A stretch of 64,000 nucleotides of DNA from Paraphysomonas bandaiensis (Eukaryota > Protista > Chrysophyceae), in contig CBFFRP010000148.1 of assembly GCA_965644295.1 (NCBI GenBank), positions 81,342 to 145,341 on the forward strand, written 5' to 3'. Below the pieces are notes generated by a model, which was not told where the DNA came from, did no database searches, and worked only from the letters and a program-made list of their open reading frames with translations. Both the position numbers and the translations under genes were made by a program. How positions within the stretch are numbered: position 1 is the stretch's first letter; each line of letters starts with the position of its first letter. Positions 40,525-53,918 of this stretch are shown one piece after another.

Positions 40525-43500
40525 TTATCTTTTCCAAGTATAGCTACGTCTGGTTTCTGTCGTCCATCTTTGGCTCTTAGACTCTGGGCCGGGAGGATAA
40601 CGCGCATTCGCAAACAAAGGGTTCATGGAAGCTCTCTCTGAAAAACTCTGTTGACAAACGAAGAACGTTAGTGCATTACAGGAAACAAGATAAACATCAG
40701 TTAAGGCAGAAATAAAATCAACCGACTTACCATATCGCGCCCCCGAAAGCGAGTTGGGGCCGATTGCGGTCTACCATGGTTTCGGAGTTTGGTGCGATAA
40801 CTTACATCTTCCCTTAACCCTAAAAGTGCAAGGTATAAGATTGGAGTGAGAAGCGAATGCAGGACATACCAATACGGTTAGCATTACGGGTCGCACGTAT
40901 AGTATCGCCAACATTCCATCTGATAATAAACCACCGAAAGTTAAAACAAGTCTCAACAATGTTGCCCTTTATAGACAAGTAGCTAACATAAGCAAGTAAA
41001 CTAGCACCAGAGTATCGTGAACATATGGTCACATATTACCAGTACATAAGTGACGCATAAAAATTGATACAAAGTATTATGCTACAGCGCACACCTGTTG
41101 GAGCTTCTGCTCGAAGTAGAAACACCAATAGAGGAAGACGAATTGCGGCTATCACACACTGAGCGAGTTGAATCTGCACTGGTTGCTGCCGCTTTTTGCA
41201 ATCTTTCAGAAGGGATTTTCTCTGATTCTTTAGCTGCGACATATCCCACACTGTCCGTTTGAATCGAATGTACAGAATCTGAACTCTTCTCCTCGATATG
41301 ACCGGCCCCAATATCGTGTACATGTGAAGAGGTAGGAGAGCTTTCTGCCCGCAATGAACTTCTATCACAAATAGCGTCACTTTTACAAGTCAAGTCAGCT
41401 TGAGAAGTTGGGCTTCGAGGAGTTTGATCATGTTGATGAAGAAGATAAGAGTCCGGCCAAACGTAGCTTCTACGATGCTCTGTCTGCGCCTTTGCCGCAA
41501 TCGTTTTAGGGTCGTTACGGTCGTAGAAAGGAACATTTCCTCCAATGAACACATTCACTGGAACAGCAGCAGTAGAATGATAAGTAGATATATCAGGAGA
41601 GACAAAGTTATCTTGATATTCAGATTTTCCTTGAAACTTCATATTAGTGGGCAAGACAGCTGTTCGACATTTTCGGACAGCGGAAGTTCTATCTACACTC
41701 TTGGAACGACGGCTGATTGAGGTTGTGATATCGGTACGCCCTCTTCGTTGTGATGAAACGTCATGTGTATGTCCAATTTCATCCGTGGCCCTCATTGAGG
41801 AAAGTGGTGTGTCCACCTGAGAGTCTTTTCGTGTTGAAATTTGAGGAGGGACTTGAGGAAGCGGGGGTGTAGGAGCGTTTTCCTAGATATTATTCAATGA
41901 GTACACATAGAGCTAAAACTTATGATCGAACCTCTATATTAGAAAGTGTAGACCGTGAATCTAATTTAGAATCCACTACACACTCCTCTGCTACAGCAGC
42001 CAAATTAAAAAGACACACCTAGCTTGCAAATCCATCTCAAACCTTTTTGTTCGTCTCTCCCATGACATGCAGGCATCGTTGTTATATTCGTATCAAGTGT
42101 TCGAATTATGGCAGGTTTCTTTTTAGAAAATTAATTTAATAGAAGAGAATATTGTATAACTTACGGATGTAACAGGCCATTGCTTGTACTTATCATCATA
42201 CTCTGATTTTCCAGCTAGTTTGGCGTCATCGCCATATGCAAGTGCTGACAGCAAAAATTCAGACATTAAGAAATGCAATTAGTGGTATACCTTTCGACTT
42301 TTCATGTGGCCAAGCAAATTTCACAGATGAGTTTACTTTTCGATTCGCCAGTTGTTCAGATGTTAATCCTGCTGTAGATTCAGTCGGAATCTGCAGTTTT
42401 GCATTGATCGAAGAATAATCAGAATCTGGAGGCTATGAACATAACACGAGAGATTAGATAAAGGCCATAACACCAACACAGCAATATATTTTCCACCGAC
42501 CCCAATCTGATCATATTCACCGCTGGAGTGTGGAGGTGACGAGTCAATCTCAGAATGTGTCTTTGTCTTATTAACATCCGTGTTCACGGGAGTCAATACA
42601 CCCTGGAAGGAATATCAATCAATATACACTTTCAGTACAAGGCTACACATACCACTATCTGCTTTGCCCATGGCTGATACTGATCACGATACTCTGTTGA
42701 TGACTCTATATACAAGTGAGAACCATCACAAGTAAATAGCAATCAATTATACCTAATTTCACCGTGGGAGCTCCATTGGCCCCACTTGGAATTGCACCCA
42801 GAATGTCACCATTACTGGAGTCAATAATATCGTGATCAGAAGGTTTTGCACTTTTCGCAGCCTACAAATATGCAGCCAGGAAAATGACAAGCAATAACAA
42901 AACAGATTGAAGGGACACTTATCAAATTCCATCCATCATATCACTGCACACAGTATCCAATACACCACCATAAGAAGACGAACCTTCGCATCAGACCATG
43001 ATATGTAGCTATCTCTATATTCTGTGTGCCCCCTGTTTACGCCTCCTGGACCCCTACTGCACCCTACACTCACGTAATTCGACATCAGTGATATGAATGC
43101 TTGCAAACAGAGCCAACTACCTTTGATTTCTGGCCAGGCAAAATTCGTCGGAGCTGGTAGCGTCAACAATTCGGCAGACGTCGTTATACCAAATACAGGT
43201 TCACCTTCAGTCTCATCTTTCTTTGCTGACTGTTCCATAGCCATTTGCGCCTCAGACTTCCATTTCGAGGAATCAACTGCATCCGAGGAAGTGCAGATAG
43301 GATTGCGTGGAGCTGGGATAGACAGTGCAGATGCCTGGCCATATCATTTATGAGGGTTAAAATGGCTAGTCATACATTTTTTCGTATGTATGTACACAGT
43401 ATACGAACTCTACCTTTGCTGTATTCCACTCATGAAACTCATCCCTGTATTCAGTGTGATGATTACTCGTATTCGCCACATCATGGTGAGCGGGAGGCAC

Positions 43501-46500
43501 TGGCCATGCGAAATTGCTCGGCGCCGGAGATTCACTGGGTCTAATAGGCGAGACTCTATTTTGACTTTTATCTTCGTCATGACAATGTTGTGCTTGCTCC
43601 ATGCGATCTCTAGATTCAGATATCCAATTTGAGGCATCTAGATCATCAGCAGAAAGCCCCATCGGATTGCGAGTAGGTTTAGGCGAGACAGCAGTCTACA
43701 TGCGATGCGTATGACAAACACTTCATACAGATAGAACTAACGTATACCTGGGTGGGAAGAGGATGAGTGTGGTAACTATCGCGGTACTCGCTATGGCAAT
43801 TAGTGTACTTAAGAGGGGCACGTGTAGGTGCTAAAAAAATCACGATTAAGTTTATAAGGTAACCATCAGAAAAGGTAAACAACCATTCGCCACTGATAAA
43901 ACTTACCCTCGGGTGTTGGCCATGCAAAATTATTAGGTGAAGTCACGCACACTTGCGACGCTAATCCAGCCGTTGGACCTTCACTCGATGACAGACAGTT
44001 CTGTGTGGCTTGCTCCATTTGGTCTTTTGCTTCTGATTTCCAATTTCTAACATTGCTATGCGTTGTTGATACTTCAAACGGGTTGGTATCTTCCCGTGCA
44101 AGTGATTTTGCCTATGTATAGCTCAACTTAATACAATAACAAAACTGAATGAGGCAACCTTTGACAGCACCCATGCATGGTAGTTGTCCCTGTACTCCGT
44201 ATGACAATCTTTGAAATCAAGTTCCCGTTTATCCGTAGCTGCAGGAAAAATTAGAAATTATACAAACAAAATCACAAAAATTCACACCTTCGGGGACAGG
44301 CCATGCGAAGTTCGAAGGACGGGGACCTTCCAAGATATCCGCAGATGATGGATTCCCAGCAACTCTTCCATCATCTTCACCACAAGCCGCTGCTTGAGCA
44401 GCCTCTTCCATCGCCTCCTTTGCGAACGTCTTCCATTTCGAACTGTCCAAGGCATCTGCAGACAGGCCGAGAGGATTTGTAGAATCTTTGCGCACAATTC
44501 GAGCGGGCTGCGTCACATATTTAGCTTCAATTCTCACAAATATCCATACTAATATAACAACATCGTGGGGGGGGGACTGCTACATTTACGTACCTCAGCC
44601 AAGGGCCAAGCATGGTAGCTGTCGTGAGTTTCCGTGTGTGTCTGACTCAAATCAAGGGGACCACGCTTAACAACTATGCAACATACAAAAAATTAAAGAA
44701 TGAACATATATTGCATAAGCACCATGAAGGGGAAAAAATAAAATACAAGCAACATAAGATGGGGGTGAACCAACCACAAAAACAAAGCATGTACAGTACC
44801 GAATATACAATACGTAGCTACCAACTATAACTTACCATCTCCCACAGGCCATGCGAAGTTCGAAGGAGGAGGAACTCTCAAAATCTCCGCAGATGATGGA
44901 TTCCCAGCAACTCTTCCATCATCTTCACCACAAGCCGCTGCTTGAGCAGCCTCTTCCATCGCCTCCTTTGCGAACGACTTCCATTTCGAACTGTCCAAGG
45001 CATCTGCAGACAGGCCGAGAGGATTTGTAGAATCTTTGCGCACAATTCGAGCGGGCTGCGTCACATATTTAGCTTCAATTCTCACAAATATCCATACTAA
45101 TATAACAACATCGTGGGGGGGGGGACTGCTACATTTACGTACCTCAGCCAAGGGCCAAGCATGGTAGCTGTCGTGAGTTTCCGTGTGTGTCTGACTCAAA
45201 TCAAGGGGACCACGCTTAACAACTATGCAACATACTATAAATTAAAGAATGAACATATATTGCATAAGCACCATGAAGAGGGAAAAATATAATACAAGCA
45301 ACATAAGATGGGGGTGAACCAACCACAAAAACAAAGCATGTACAGTACCGAATATACGACACTTAGCTACAACTATAACTTACCATCTCCCACAGGCCAT
45401 GCGAAATTCGAAGGAGGAGGAACTCTCAAAATCTCCGCAGATGATGGATTCCCAGCAACTCTTCCATCATCTTCACCACAAGCCGCTGCTTGAGCAGCCT
45501 CTTCCATCGCCTCCTTTGCGAACGACTTCCATTTCGAACTGTCCAAGGCATCTGCAGACAGGCCGAGAGGATTTGTAGAATCTTTGCGCACAATTCGAGC
45601 GGGCTGCGTCACATATTTAGCTTCAATTCTCACAAATATCCATACTAATATAACAACATCGTAGGGGGGGATTGCTACATTTACGTACCTCAGCCAAGGG
45701 CCAAGCATGGTAGCTGTCGTGAGTTTCCGTGTGTGTCTGACTCAAATCAAGGGGACCACGCTTAACAACTATGCAACATACAAAAAATTAAAGAATGAAC
45801 ATATATTGCATAAGCACCATGAAGGGGAAAAAATAAAATACAAGCAACATAAGATGGGGGTGAACCAACCACAAAAACAAAGCATGTACAGTACCGAATA
45901 TACAATACGTAGCTACCAACTATAACTTACCATCTCCCACAGGCCATGCGAAGTTCGAAGGAGGAGGAACTCTCAAAATCTCCGCAGATGATGGATTCCC
46001 AGCAACTCTTCCATCATCTTCACCACAAGCCGCTGCTTGAGCAGCCTCTTCCATCGCCTCCTTTGCGAACGACTTCCATTTCGAACTGTCCAAGGCATCT
46101 GCAGACAGGCCGAGAGGATTCGAAGTGGTTCTCGGTGGACTACTTGGGGGCTGCAAGCATCGAAACAGATATTACTTATGCAGTATATATAATATGTAGA
46201 ATAGTATTGCTCTCATATAATTCACAATAACGTATTGTGAGAACTACCGTATGAATCTCCCATTCTTTGAACTTATCCTTGTATTCTGAAGTAATGTTAC
46301 TAGTTTTCCGAGATCTTACTGTGGGCGCTAAGGTGTAATTATTTGTGTTAGTACGTCATTCAACAAAATTGGTACAGTTTCCATGGAAGAGCGCAAAGAT
46401 ACCTCCGATGCGTGGAACAGAATGTTCCTTTGAGCTCTGAGACTTTTGATGTGTAGACGATCCGTTGTCTGTTGAGTTCACAGGTCGTCGATAGTTTACA

Positions 46501-47607
46501 GTAAGGTCTCTCGACGGCATCCAGTCCTTATCATGAAATTCCATGGGAGGAATTTCAACTGTCGAATGAGCATCGGACTTCATCTATATTGACATTGTGA
46601 GTGGCACAGCAGAGTAAATGCTTTACCAAAAGCTATGCCATCAAAACAAATATAATATATGTGCAAAGTAAAAATTTTAGAGGCAAGGCATACATTAGAA
46701 TCACTTGAGTCATTGGGGTGCCCGTTATCATTGCTGTTACAGGACGGTCCATTGGCATTAGAATCGCTATGGGGCTCAACGCTGTCAGTGCGTAAATCGG
46801 AGTCTCGAAATGTTCCAGATGATTGACACTTTGACTCGGCGCTAAGTTGAAATGACGAACGTTCAGGACTCTACCAAAGACATTGAATACATAAATTCAT
46901 AAATAAAATCTCATACCTGTGGTAGGGGCCATTTTCGATATTTCTCTTTGTACTCTGACGTGTATGTTCGCTTCGTGCGACTACTCGAAGTCCGTGAAAT
47001 ATCTTTAGATACAACAGCAGTTCCACCTGTAGTCGTAAGATACGGGTTTGAAGTATGAAAGATACGCACCTGTGGCACCAGGCCATGCGAAATGTTCATC
47101 TCGAGTGGAGGTTGGGGCCGTCTTTACTTTGGCCTCACCATGAGAGTGATTTACCCAACTGTTGGTTTGAGGTCGACTTGAACGCATTTTTTTCGAAGCA
47201 GTAACTAAATTAGCTCATTATGAACGTATTAAGGTAAGATCAGTCTGTACCGCTGTTGGAAGGCATTAGCGATTCACTGTGCCCACCAATCGGTATATCA
47301 CGTGCTGTTTTCAACTCAGTGGTGGAGCTTCTTAAAGGAGGAGCTTTGTACCGATGTTGGTATTCTGTTTCATACCCAACTTTTGCACGAAATACTGCAC
47401 CATAAATAGCAACTTAGGGAGAATAGTGACCTACTATGCATACATACGCTGCCCATATCGTCTGTGCAAATCACTATTGCTTTCTTGCAGTGCTTTCAAG
47501 CTTGATGCCGATGATTCTCTATACAGATATTAGAGATAGATAGTTTTGAGATATTAGTATGACCTCATACGACTGTATTCATCAGATAGAGCTGCTGAAC
47601 TGGCCAT
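40525..47607 (-). CDS. SAXO/MDM1-like microtubule-binding repeat protein (many exons)
   Basis: Spliced start MASSAALSDEYSRMRESS…; recurrent (T/S)EYxxx(Y/F)xxW motifs (ETEYQHRY, TSEYKEKYRKWP, HSEYRDSY, HTEYRDEFHEW, KSEYQDNF) and NFAWP; last exon ends …TTETRRSYTWKR*. Confidence 0.65.
44295..46120. repeat. Intragenic tandem repeat, 547-548-bp unit, about 3.3 copies, each with two exons and two introns
   Basis: Equivalent positions fall at 44825, 45373 and 45920; the introns are nearly identical between units. Confidence 0.95.
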
Positions 47608-48077
47608 TCTACCAGAGGACTTACTCACACGTAATCAACCCTTTAAACAATCTCTTAATGACTTCTTATCTTTTCCTTCTACAATCACTTGAATTCTCTA
47701 TATCACAAATCAAGAAACACACCTCAATAGAGTGTATATACTCTCTTCTAGGATGATATCTTGATCATATATTTGAATGGAGGGTTTCATACACTCATCC
47801 TGGAAGAAATTCAAATTTCTGTCTATGATTTTTGTGTATGTATGTATATGTACATACAGTATATGTATGTATGTACTGGACATGTATGTATATATGTACT
47901 GGACATGTATGTATGTACCGGACGTGTATGTATGTAGTGTATGGTGTATGTCAATGTATAGATACGAAGTCAGACACATCATATGAATATATACGTTTGA
48001 AAGTAAGGGGGGAATACATGATAATACAGAAGGGAATACAGAAGGTGGAAGAGAACAGCAACGGTCGTTTGGTGGAA

Positions 48078-48219
48078 AGGACCAGCAGCAGATAGTCACC
48101 CTCCTCTCTACGAAAGGACCAGCAGCAGATGGAATGGGTTGATAAATAGTTCGACAGGACCAGCAGCAGATGGAATGGGTTGATAAATAGTTCGACAGGA
48201 CCAGCAGCAGATGGAATGG
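48078..48219. repeat. Short tandem repeat with AGGACCAGCAGCAGAT x4 (periods 37, 41, 41 bp)
   Basis: Seen directly in the divergent intergenic region. Confidence 0.85.
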
Positions 48220-48424
48220 TATCTTGAGGGATCAAACAGTTATATATACATGCGCTGTGTATACATACATATGCATGCAGAGAGCGAACAGAATATCTTG
48301 CATCTGATTCACAGATAATTGCATAGTTTATTGCAATATATCACATTCATTGAGCATCTACTTGGTATTCATATCGATCCCATTAAATTACAAGTTATTT
48401 ATCTATACACAAGTAATTAATCCA

Positions 48425-49143
48425 ATGCTTCATCGATCTGCTATGCGTTTGGCTGCAGTGGGTACTGCTTACTCACTCTCCAATGTATACAGTTATGCAG
48501 ATATGCAATTTGATACTAAGGTACCCACCAATTTACCCCATGTACTTCTCCTTATCTTAGATTTTCATAGGGATTTTCTCAGTATCAAAGTACAGTGGGA
48601 ACACTGTCGTTCCCTCAGCCACTCATGTTATCAGGTGCCGGAATGAGACGAAAGAATTTATATGTTATGGAGGTTGATGTGTACCTTGCTGCAATACATC
48701 TCACACCTACAGCATTGTCGAATGCTCGATCATGGAAAAAAAATAATTCCTCAGGAAGTGTAGCTGATGCTATTCTAACGGGAAATGTGAAATCGGCTGC
48801 TCCCCAAGCCAAAGCTGTGGTCACACTGCGATTTGTGCGCGACGTAGGCGTCAGTAGCCTCAATGGGGCTTTTAATGAAATTCTTGCCGGCTTGCCCCAA
48901 GATGTTATCACGAATTTCACTGACCAGGTGCGGGCAATTGCAAGCGAGAATGGTGTGAAGAAAGGTGAAGATCTATTCTTTGTTTGGATGGAAGGAGGTG
49001 GTATGAAACTGGTGGGAAGTGGTATTGTCGCGTCAGTTGACAACCCCCAAGTGGAACGCAAATTACTTGATGGCTACCTCGACATTGAAAGGGGAGTGTC
49101 TCCGGAACTACGCAAAAGCTTTCACCAGTTCTTGTTGTCGTAA
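48425..49143 (+). CDS. Chalcone-isomerase-fold (fatty-acid-binding-like) protein, 2 exons, possible mitochondrial presequence
   Basis: LSGAGMRRKNLYVMEVDVY, LRFVRDV and LLDGYLD…VSPELRKS fit the CHI fold; intron at ~48521-48570. Confidence 0.75.
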
Positions 49144-50041
49144 TGTAGGATGCGGTCTCTGTCTGGAATCATTTGTCAGCATCTGAAATGTTTGTCCGTG
49201 CTTCGCACTGTCTATGGAAAATAATGGTGTACTAATGACGTTTACTTCAAAAAGATCTCTAACTTGTATTACATTTTACGGTTTATACTTAGTACACTAG
49301 GTCGTCGACAACATTTAGTATGATAATAAACAAAGTTTAATCTCATCTAAATTACACACATTGATATATGCGATATTGATTTGATTGATATGACATCAAT
49401 GTAATCAAGAATTCGTTTTCAAATTTTCTTTTTTCTTCATCTGATATCCCGGTACGCTTCATAGGATCGAATACTTCAAACTTCAAAACACAAAACAGGA
49501 ATTGTACTCCTGGTGGCGTGGTTGAAATATTCAAAAGAAGAAAGAGTATACTTATAATCCTATAACCTACCTTTTCCAACAACTACTTCATTCTTCATTG
49601 TACACTTACTTGCTCCTTCCATGGATAGGTCATTAACGGCTCCCCCAGGTCCCGGAATAGAGGCGGCTGCCACAGACTACACGCTACACTTGAGACTTGA
49701 GAATAGCTTAAGCTTGTCACATAGCTAAATCTAATACATTACATCAGCTATAATATATTTCGTTAGTTCGAATGGTGATGAGTTGAGATGGTGTTGGACT
49801 GGTGCTGTTCTAGCGCACTGCAAAAAATGGAAGAAAAATGATAATTAATTTCTAATCTTTCTAGGTGATTGCGGACAGTTTGACTGCAACCACATTAAAC
49901 ACCAACTACCAATAATACCGCTCACCATATTCATATCATCAGCGCAAGATTACCTATAAATCTAACTACGACACATGAATTTTTAATGAATAAGGACCTA
50001 GGACTAGCTGCTCTAACTACCACTGCATTTGATTCAATTTT

Positions 50042-51910
50042 TCACTGCTGTGTTGACGATGATATAGACTGTCTGCTCGTTCCTTTGCGCACAGACTCAT
50101 CGAGTGCTTGTTGAGAGGGACCGTAGGTTCCAAAGCTCTCGACACTGTGCAAACTAACAGTCGCGACGCTATTCGTACTACTGTCCATGGAGCCGATATA
50201 CGGAGTTGGAGTTCTAGACGGCTGTGGGTACAAGGGGTTGCTTGTTGCATCTCGGCCATACGCGGAACCGGGGCGCATTCCATGTGAAGTATCGAGGTTA
50301 GTCAACTGATACTCAGTGCCTTCGCGATAACTCGATAGTTTTCCAGATACGTCCAGACACATATACAAAATTGCCATACTACTCACTGCCGTAATAACCA
50401 GTATCCCAGCGGTAACCGCTATATTTATTTCGAACTCTTTCACTGACTCTTTATCGGTCTCCTCCTTGACCCCTGCCGTATAAATATACACCCCACCGTT
50501 GTGATAAAGTTCGTGGTGTTTATCTGAGTGCTCCGGGTCTTCCCAGGCCAACGACGCACCATAGGCTCCCACAGCGATTGACTGTTCAAATATTGACACC
50601 GAATACCCAAACATATCCCCTGGAATTTCGTCCTCAGGTTGCTTGTAAGTATGATACGACCAATAGTAATTTGATTCCCCCTTTACTGATTTCTCGTACT
50701 CACGATAAATATACACTGCACCTGAGCCACCCTCATTATAGGCGCCAATAGATGCTAAATTTTCATACACATCCAAAGAGTATCCAAAATGTCCTTCTTC
50801 AGAAGGATATTTGGGGTATATTTCTTCAACCAAATACCACGTATTGTAACTCTTCGCGTACGAGTAGGCAGCACCTGATTGGGAAATGACACCATATTTC
50901 TTCGATTCTGATGAGTGCTGAGGCGATCCCACTAATACTGAATCCTCCCATATGGCAACTGCTTGTCCATACAAGTCGTAATGAGCTCCATCTTCAGGTA
51001 TGAGTTTGGCTTCCTGCTTCCACGAATAGCCATCGTATTGTGTGTCATCGTAGGCAATATTGAATATATAGGCTGCTCCAATCTCCATTCCTTCATCAGA
51101 AGTAGTGCCTGGGGCACCAGCAACTACCAATCCGTCATAAATTGCAACGGATGATCCAAAGCGTTGGAAAGCAGCGCCATCGGATGGAGTGATCTTCTGC
51201 TTGTATGTCCACACCCCTGTTTTGTCGTCCACGAAAATTCGCATCCACACATACACACACCCTGCCAAAGTGCCAATTTCATCACATCCCCACGCACCCA
51301 CAACAGTTGTGTTCCCAGATGCCCCTACAGAACATCCGAAGTAGTCTTGACCGCTTCCATCCTCAGGAACCAATTTCATCACATACTCGAGTTTGGTTAG
51401 TTTAAATTCATCGTGGTGATGCTCGTGATTGTGTTCATCATGATGCTCTGCGTGGCGTTCATATAAATACGCCGCTCCAGAGTCTTGCCCCATTGCGTCA
51501 TTATTAATTGCCCCAACTACAGCAACATGACTGTGCAATGCTACAGAGTAGCCGAATTCATCATCCTCAGCTCCATCTTCGGGATGCAATACATATCCCA
51601 ATGCCCAGTCGACATAATCATCACCATGCTTATAGTATACATACGCAGCACCCGTCCTTATACCACGAGATTCATCTCCTCTGGCACCCACAATCATGAG
51701 GTCATCCCATATGGCCACACTACTACCATACATTTCATCCGTACGTTCACCCCATATAATATGCTCATATGAATACTCTTCTTCAAATGTCCATGATATC
51801 TCTTCCTCATACATATCATCATCATATTCTTCTAAAGGAATCATTTGTAACCCATTAGATGCATAAGTATGATAGATATAAGATGATAATAACCATATGA
51901 ATAATCTCAT
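50042..51910 (-). CDS. FG-GAP (integrin-alpha beta-propeller) repeat type I membrane protein
   Basis: Signal peptide, about 7 (F/Y)GxSVA…VGA…GAAY repeats, one TM helix (IAVTAGILVITAVSSMAILYMCL) and an S/T-rich tail. Confidence 0.9.
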   Translation of the reverse strand: MRLFIWLLSSYIYHTYASNGLQMIPLEEYDDDMYEEEISWTFEEEYSYEHIIWGERTDEMYGSSVAIWDDLMIVGARGDESRGIRTGAAYVYYKHGDDYVDWALGYVLHPEDGAEDDEFGYSVALHSHVAVVGAINNDAMGQDSGAAYLYERHAEHHDEHNHEHHHDEFKLTKLEYVMKLVPEDGSGQDYFGCSVGASGNTTVVGAWGCDEIGTLAGCVYVWMRIFVDDKTGVWTYKQKITPSDGAAFQRFGSSVAIYDGLVVAGAPGTTSDEGMEIGAAYIFNIAYDDTQYDGYSWKQEAKLIPEDGAHYDLYGQAVAIWEDSVLVGSPQHSSESKKYGVISQSGAAYSYAKSYNTWYLVEEIYPKYPSEEGHFGYSLDVYENLASIGAYNEGGSGAVYIYREYEKSVKGESNYYWSYHTYKQPEDEIPGDMFGYSVSIFEQSIAVGAYGASLAWEDPEHSDKHHELYHNGGVYIYTAGVKEETDKESVKEFEINIAVTAGILVITAVSSMAILYMCLDVSGKLSSYREGTEYQLTNLDTSHGMRPGSAYGRDATSNPLYPQPSRTPTPYIGSMDSSTNSVATVSLHSVESFGTYGPSQQALDESVRKGTSRQSISSSTQQ

Positions 51911-52709
51911 AGTTAATATACACTCAGATGACTGTATTATACCCTTACAACAACAACAGTAAGAAGGACCAAATAGGATATAATCAAGAACTCAATGATT
52001 AATCAAGATAATGTTAATTCATTATATCCAGAGATTAATGTGACTGTGTATATATATGGTCTGTGTTGTATATATATATGCTCGTAATCTCACATCACAA
52101 CACACTAAAAAATGAATTTTTCATTATTTCATTGCTATAAAATACGATCCCCACACTCTTATTTTTAGAGTAAGATAGTAGAAATCCCTTATTTTCCAAT
52201 TTCTAGGATAAATTGAGAATAGGAAATCTCAGTATGTTGTTAAAAATTAAGTATGAATTTCATGAGTTTTTGAATAAATTTGACCCTCATATACTGTCAG
52301 TATACCAGCAACCGTATATACAAAATACATACTCTAATAATACGTAATTTATTTACATAGTTTCGACCAGAAAACAAGAGATTTTACACAAATATTCGTT
52401 TTCATGCATCTAAAAAAGAACACTGCTATATTACATGTCGATTTATTGATTGTTTCATTGAAAAGTCATCATTTTTTCAGTGGAAAGTGAAAAAAAGTGA
52501 TTTTTCAAATAAATAAACAATGAAAAAATCAATAAAATCGATATATTGCTGCTGTTCATGTACAGACTGAAGGTCCACAGCGTCCTTCGAGTTTGTAGGA
52601 CTGAAAAATAAACCGTTGGAGCCAACGAACTCCTCAACTGACTGAGAAGTTAAGCAACCGAATAAGAATGAATGAACCATCATGTCATTCTATTAGATGA
52701 TTATACAGG

Positions 52710-53204
52710 ATGGATGCTGAATTGCTTAGAAGATTGATACAAGAGGAGCTCAATAAAGCGATCACTCCTGTGGTGGAAGAGTTGAGCAATATCAAAGACC
52801 GCCTTAGCAACGTCGAAGACCGCCTTAGCAACGTCGAAGACCGCCTTAGCAAGGTGGAAGTACAGGGTCGTATCACGACTGCTAAAATGGCAAATGCTGG
52901 GATTGGAAGAGACCAAGCTCTAACGGTTGTGCCTTTGGATGATGGAACTAATCCACAAGTTGAAATTCCAGCAACCATTTCACACTTGCTTGTAGCAGGA
53001 AATGAGATACTTCCAAATGGCCAGCATAACAACTGGAACAAGAGGAAAAGTTTGGCTTTGTTGCGAGCGTACGACCCACAGTATGAAACGGATGATGAAA
53101 GTGATAATGAAGAGAGTCAGAGGTCTAGAAATCGCCGACTACGGGTGGCGAAGGTTTTAGGAGTGACAAAGCAACAGCTAAACTTTGCTCAAATGAATCT
53201 GTAG
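52710..53204 (+). CDS. Mug135/DUF1773-like coiled-coil protein, unit 1 (2 LSNVEDR heptads)
   Basis: Intact 164-aa ORF, paralog of 27965-28438. Confidence 0.7.
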   Translation: MDAELLRRLIQEELNKAITPVVEELSNIKDRLSNVEDRLSNVEDRLSKVEVQGRITTAKMANAGIGRDQALTVVPLDDGTNPQVEIPATISHLLVAGNEILPNGQHNNWNKRKSLALLRAYDPQYETDDESDNEESQRSRNRRLRVAKVLGVTKQQLNFAQMNL

Positions 53205-53918
53205 TCTTGTATGTGTTGAAGTGGTGGTACATGAGTACAAAAATATCTTATATTGTGCCGCGTTCATCTCAAGAATACGCCTTTTGCTTCAGTATGGGCT
53301 CTGCGTAAGTCGACCTCTGAATTCTAGTGTCATAGGAACTTTTATTAACATCAGCGTTTTCTATCGAACACACAGTGCGTATCAGGACTGTGTATCAATT
53401 AATTAATTTTCAATTAATTGCAACTGAATGGGACAGCAAGTAATAGTTTGCAATCAATTGGCTATGATCTGCATCAATTAATTAGCAGTTTATTGATATG
53501 CAGATATGCAGCCCTGGTGTGAGTAAGTTAACGCTCGCCGTTAGCGTTACAATAAGTAGAATTTATCTATTAGTCACTTGAATGTATAAATCAAAAATTC
53601 TAAACTACAGCAGCAGTCCTTATAAAACAGTACTATTTTTCTAGTTTTTATCACTTGCTTGTTGCAAGTTAATTAGTGCTACCTATAATACTACGTTGCA
53701 CTTATACACCTTATAATGCTTGCGTTGACGCACAAGCAACTTTCGTAGCGTTAAGTAGTAGGTTATTATAGTATGCACTAGTATATTGAAAGTCTTTTTA
53801 TTTAGCAATAGGCGTTAAAAACTCGTTCCGATACAGTGGCTAGTTGAATGCTAGATCTACTAGTTAGACCTCTACCCATAACTAATCAGCACAAGTTCTA
53901 CTATCCTACTATTTAGCG

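Noticed and set aside
48078-48219. CRISPR-like repeat-spacer pattern
   Set aside because: Only four 16-bp repeats, two spacers identical, eukaryotic context and no cas genes; a plain tandem duplication explains it.
49352-49582. 76-aa minus-strand ORF
   Set aside because: Non-ATG start, no recognisable family and no splice context; it may be a fragment.
52455-53041. Antisense ORFs over the Mug135-like gene (AKAVFDV and LRRSST repeats) as a separate antidote gene
   Set aside because: They are shadow frames of the 21-bp repeat, use non-ATG starts in several cases and vary between copies; there is no independent support without RNA data.
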